From contig OZ316899.1 of assembly GCA_973895155.1 (NCBI GenBank), positions 14,201,934 through 14,265,933 of the forward strand: a stretch of 64,000 nt of DNA, given 5' to 3'. Numbering within the stretch: position 1 is the stretch's first letter; every line of letters begins with the position of its first letter. Positions 61,037 to 64,000 of the stretch are shown piece after piece. The position numbers and the translations under genes are program-made. The notes under the pieces are model-generated. The model made no database searches. It was not told where the DNA came from and saw nothing but the letters and a program-made list of their open reading frames with translations. The DNA comes from Marsupella aquatica (taxonomy: Eukaryota > Plantae > Marchantiophyta).

Positions 61037-62015
61037 TCAGCTTGTCATACTTAATTTGTTGGACCTCATCTCCAAATTGCGCCACTTGTCTTTCAGATCA
61101 ACCTGTTGCACAAGGCACGAAAGAGGAAATATATTGAGAAATTCCTCAGATCCATTCCATGGATTTATAGGAGGTGGTGCAAATTATTCTGACCTGATCA
61201 ACGTACCTACGATTGGTCTCGCAATGTTGTCCGCTTTCTCGACGGATTGCACTCCAACTGCCTTTCCCAATCCCGTGGCACAGAATCTTTGCATGCTCTG
61301 AGAATTGAACTCAACCGAAATGAATGTTCCTAGATTGGCCGGTACACGCTGTACGAATGGGAACCGCGAAAAGGACTTATGTGTGGAACGCAAACCATTA
61401 ATTCATACGGAGCGTTGACATGACACGAGTCCCCAAACTCACCTGCTTACTCCATTTATGAGGCACAATTCCTCTTCTTTGGTCCACCTTCTAAATTGCC
61501 TGCGCATAGATTTTGATGAGTCGTAGCTCATTCTGCTGATGGTGGAGACAGATTGTGATTGTTGTGTTACGACATTATCAGGTTCATCCAGTCGCATCCC
61601 CTCCCACCGGGTATGCCCCGCTCCCACCTGCACAAAGAGATTCAAAACATGTCAGGTTGCTGTGAATCAGATTTATCCTGATTCCATGCAGCCCCCAGCT
61701 CGGAACAGCCGATGATACCATCTTACCCGTGCCAAAGGTTGAAGAGGACTGGGCGCGGCGGGTGCATCGAATATACGTTTCCTCTGCAGATTCTGCCCTG
61801 ACATCGTGGGCGTATCACATTTAGTTTGGCTTCCTTCCGTGGTGGGAGGAGTATGGGAACATTGCCAAGGCCGAGCGCCAACAGAGTATCTGTGAACAAG
61901 TGATCGAGTATCTCTTAACTATCTTGTCGTACGTTCTTGTCATGGCTGATGAGACAGTCTTACATTGCGTGGAACTCATATTAAATATCCAGGGGCGCAA
62001 ATGCCAGTATTTCAT
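61037..62015 (-). CDS. 3' exons of a telobox Myb (TRF-like) DNA-binding protein
   Basis: RRWTKEEELCLINGVSR | GIGKGSWSAIRR | VDLKDKWRNL (last exon 61102-61037) with GT/AG junctions; 5' extent uncertain. Confidence 0.8.
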
Positions 62016-62278
62016 GGCTTGGGGGCGGCTGATGGTAGTTTAAAGTTTCCATGACTCAGTCTTTACATTCATGGAATTTTATACGTCTGTTACCCGAAGC
62101 ATAAGGTTATGGAACACGTAATGCTTATGCAAATGATCGGGACTTTCCAAATGTGAGACCCACAGGATTTGAGGCAAACAAAACGCTCCCCGTTTTGGGA
62201 AAGAGCAATGCTCGATCTCCGATCATAAGCAGATGCATTCACTAAATAGGCAGATACTTGATGCATGTACTCCCCCTA

Positions 62279-62356
62279 TGTAGTGTAGTGTAGTGTAGTG
62301 TAGTGTAGTGTAGTGTAGTGTAGTGTAGTGCAGTGTAGTGTAGTGTAGTGTAGTGT
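62279..62356. repeat. (TAGTG)n microsatellite
   Basis: About 15 units, direct reading. Confidence 0.97.
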
Positions 62357-62983
62357 AACCAAATGATCCCGACACCCTCCACCTTGGGCGCACTCCGACG
62401 AACCAGTGGCAGTCCTCCATGTGTACCCCACAGGTTTTAGGTGTGGGTGGCCTGGGGTTCCTTTGACTGGGCCGTGCCATTAGTCTACTGTACCGGTCCT
62501 GTGCTAGATTTATTTAATAAGCAGTCCGTTGACAGACTCGGCCTTCATGTCGGCCATGTTGAGCCTTCCCCGTGTACCTACGTTTGATGCCAGGACTTAC
62601 CGTTGTCCGATGCCGATGCCGATGCTGGCCGGCTATGATTGGGCGTTGATTGTCCTGGTGCCGTCGATAGGGGTGGCTTTACAGGACGTTCCTTCTGTGC
62701 TTGAGACATCTCCAAGAGCCGATGGATCTCCGTCAACTGCCTTTTTGTTTGGGCCTTTAGAAGTTTGTTGTCACCTTGTAATTGTTCCCCGCGGAATCCC
62801 GCTATTGTCAGGCTTCCTCCAAGTCTGCCGCCATCCCGTGCTTCTTTGCTGTCAGAGCTGTGATCTCTGATCTAAACCCTGCCACCTTCCGATGGTGAAA
62901 TTCGGTTTTCTCTTTCTTGGCCGCCAGTTCCTTTGCTTTAGCCCGGATGTCATCCAACCTCTGAACTGACACGGACTACTATG

Positions 62984-62984
<1 letters not shown>

Positions 62985-63024
<40 letters not shown>
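62985..63024. repeat. (CTA)n microsatellite
   Basis: Direct reading. Confidence 0.95.
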
Positions 63025-64000
63025 ATTATTATTGTAGCCGTTGGTGATAGACGACTTAATCCGGGACTCACCGCCCGTGACCCTGGAAGGTTGTTATGAT
63101 TGAGAGTACAAACATATCATTTGTGAAATGCCGATAGCCATTCCTTATAAATGTGTATATGCAAGGGAGGCATTTGGTTTCTGTACCCTAACCCTTTTTC
63201 CCCTATTTTCCTTTTGCACATCATGATTGCCTTTTCATATGTAAACCCTAAACCCTAAACCCTTCTTTTTCATTCACATTTCATGTTAGGTTTGTTTGTT
63301 AGTGTTTAGCATTGAGGGGCGGGGGGGAAATCAATCCTCTCCCTTTGTCTTTGTTGTCTCACTCTCCTGTGCCATTAGTGCTTTCCTTTCCCTTCGTGCC
63401 TAACCTAAATCTACCTGTTCCAATGGCAAATGTGAGGTCACGATTTATTTTATGTCTCACAAATATTGAAAGAATATAAAAAATAGCTTCCTTATTAGTC
63501 TGATATAGATAAGCTCAGCAATTTGAACTCCAAAAGTGCTCCCAACCCACTTTTGATGTTGTCTTGAAGGCCGCTACTTTGTATAGATCCTTGCGGGGAC
63601 GCTTTTTTCCATCCAAAGGCTTGGCAGAAAACTTATCTAGACGACCTAGAGCATATTAGATAATCATCATCTAAACAGTTGTTTAGGGTCTACCTCTACA
63701 CCGAGCTTATGGAGTTTGCAGTACTGTAGTATAACTTGGGAGTTTGAGTATGTATTGGCCCTAAACCCATTTCGAATGGCTCCTCTCCTCTCATCTATGG
63801 ATGAAACCTCTGGTATGTTTGGAAAAAAATAGACAATTTACATTGTGAGGTACCATCAAATATGAAAGATATCATTCACCAAATTTCTGAATGGTGCCAA
63901 CCAAAACAAATTTCAAGTTTCTCCCTGTTCCTTTGATGAACACATTTTATGTTTAGACGTGTGAACCATTCTGGAAAGGTACATCCAATTCAATAATGTC

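Noticed and set aside
62223-62480. YTTLH-repeat protein and CACTA-like termini
   Set aside because: Product of the (TAGTG)n microsatellite; no subterminal repeats or TSD.

Overview
Eukaryotic, most likely land-plant (probably non-seed) repetitive DNA, judged from TTTAGGG repeats, a plant-type CACTA transposase and a plant tRNA-Asn-type PBS. The left 26 kb is a multi-level nest of LTR retroelements. It is dominated by a non-chromovirus Ty3/Gypsy family ('family A') whose ~4.0-kb LTR itself contains a ~885-codon sense ORF with its own TATA box. There are four LTR copies: 2539-5872 (truncated), 11975-15994, 16875-20748 (minus) and a solo LTR at 21702-25732 (minus, CTTAC target-site duplication). 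A second element ('family B', 1-2538, minus) inserted into the first LTR and carries a distant homologue of that ORF just inside its own terminus. Three more degenerate genes with what appears to be the same Transposase_32/PMD-like domain lie at 20.7-25.9, 28.2-31.2 and 57.9-59.5 kb. The right half holds a 1.16-kb solo LTR, a stand-alone RNase H1 N-terminal-domain ORF, Copia and probable LINE remnants and a nested LTR pair. It also holds a complete 10.3-kb CACTA transposon (TTA TSD) with a TnpD transposase, a divergent TnpA-like gene and a SET-domain cargo, and the 3' exons of a telobox-Myb (TRF-like) gene. Best novelty candidates: retrotransposon LTRs carrying their own accessory gene, and a CACTA-borne SET domain. 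All domain calls are by-eye motif recognition, not database searches.
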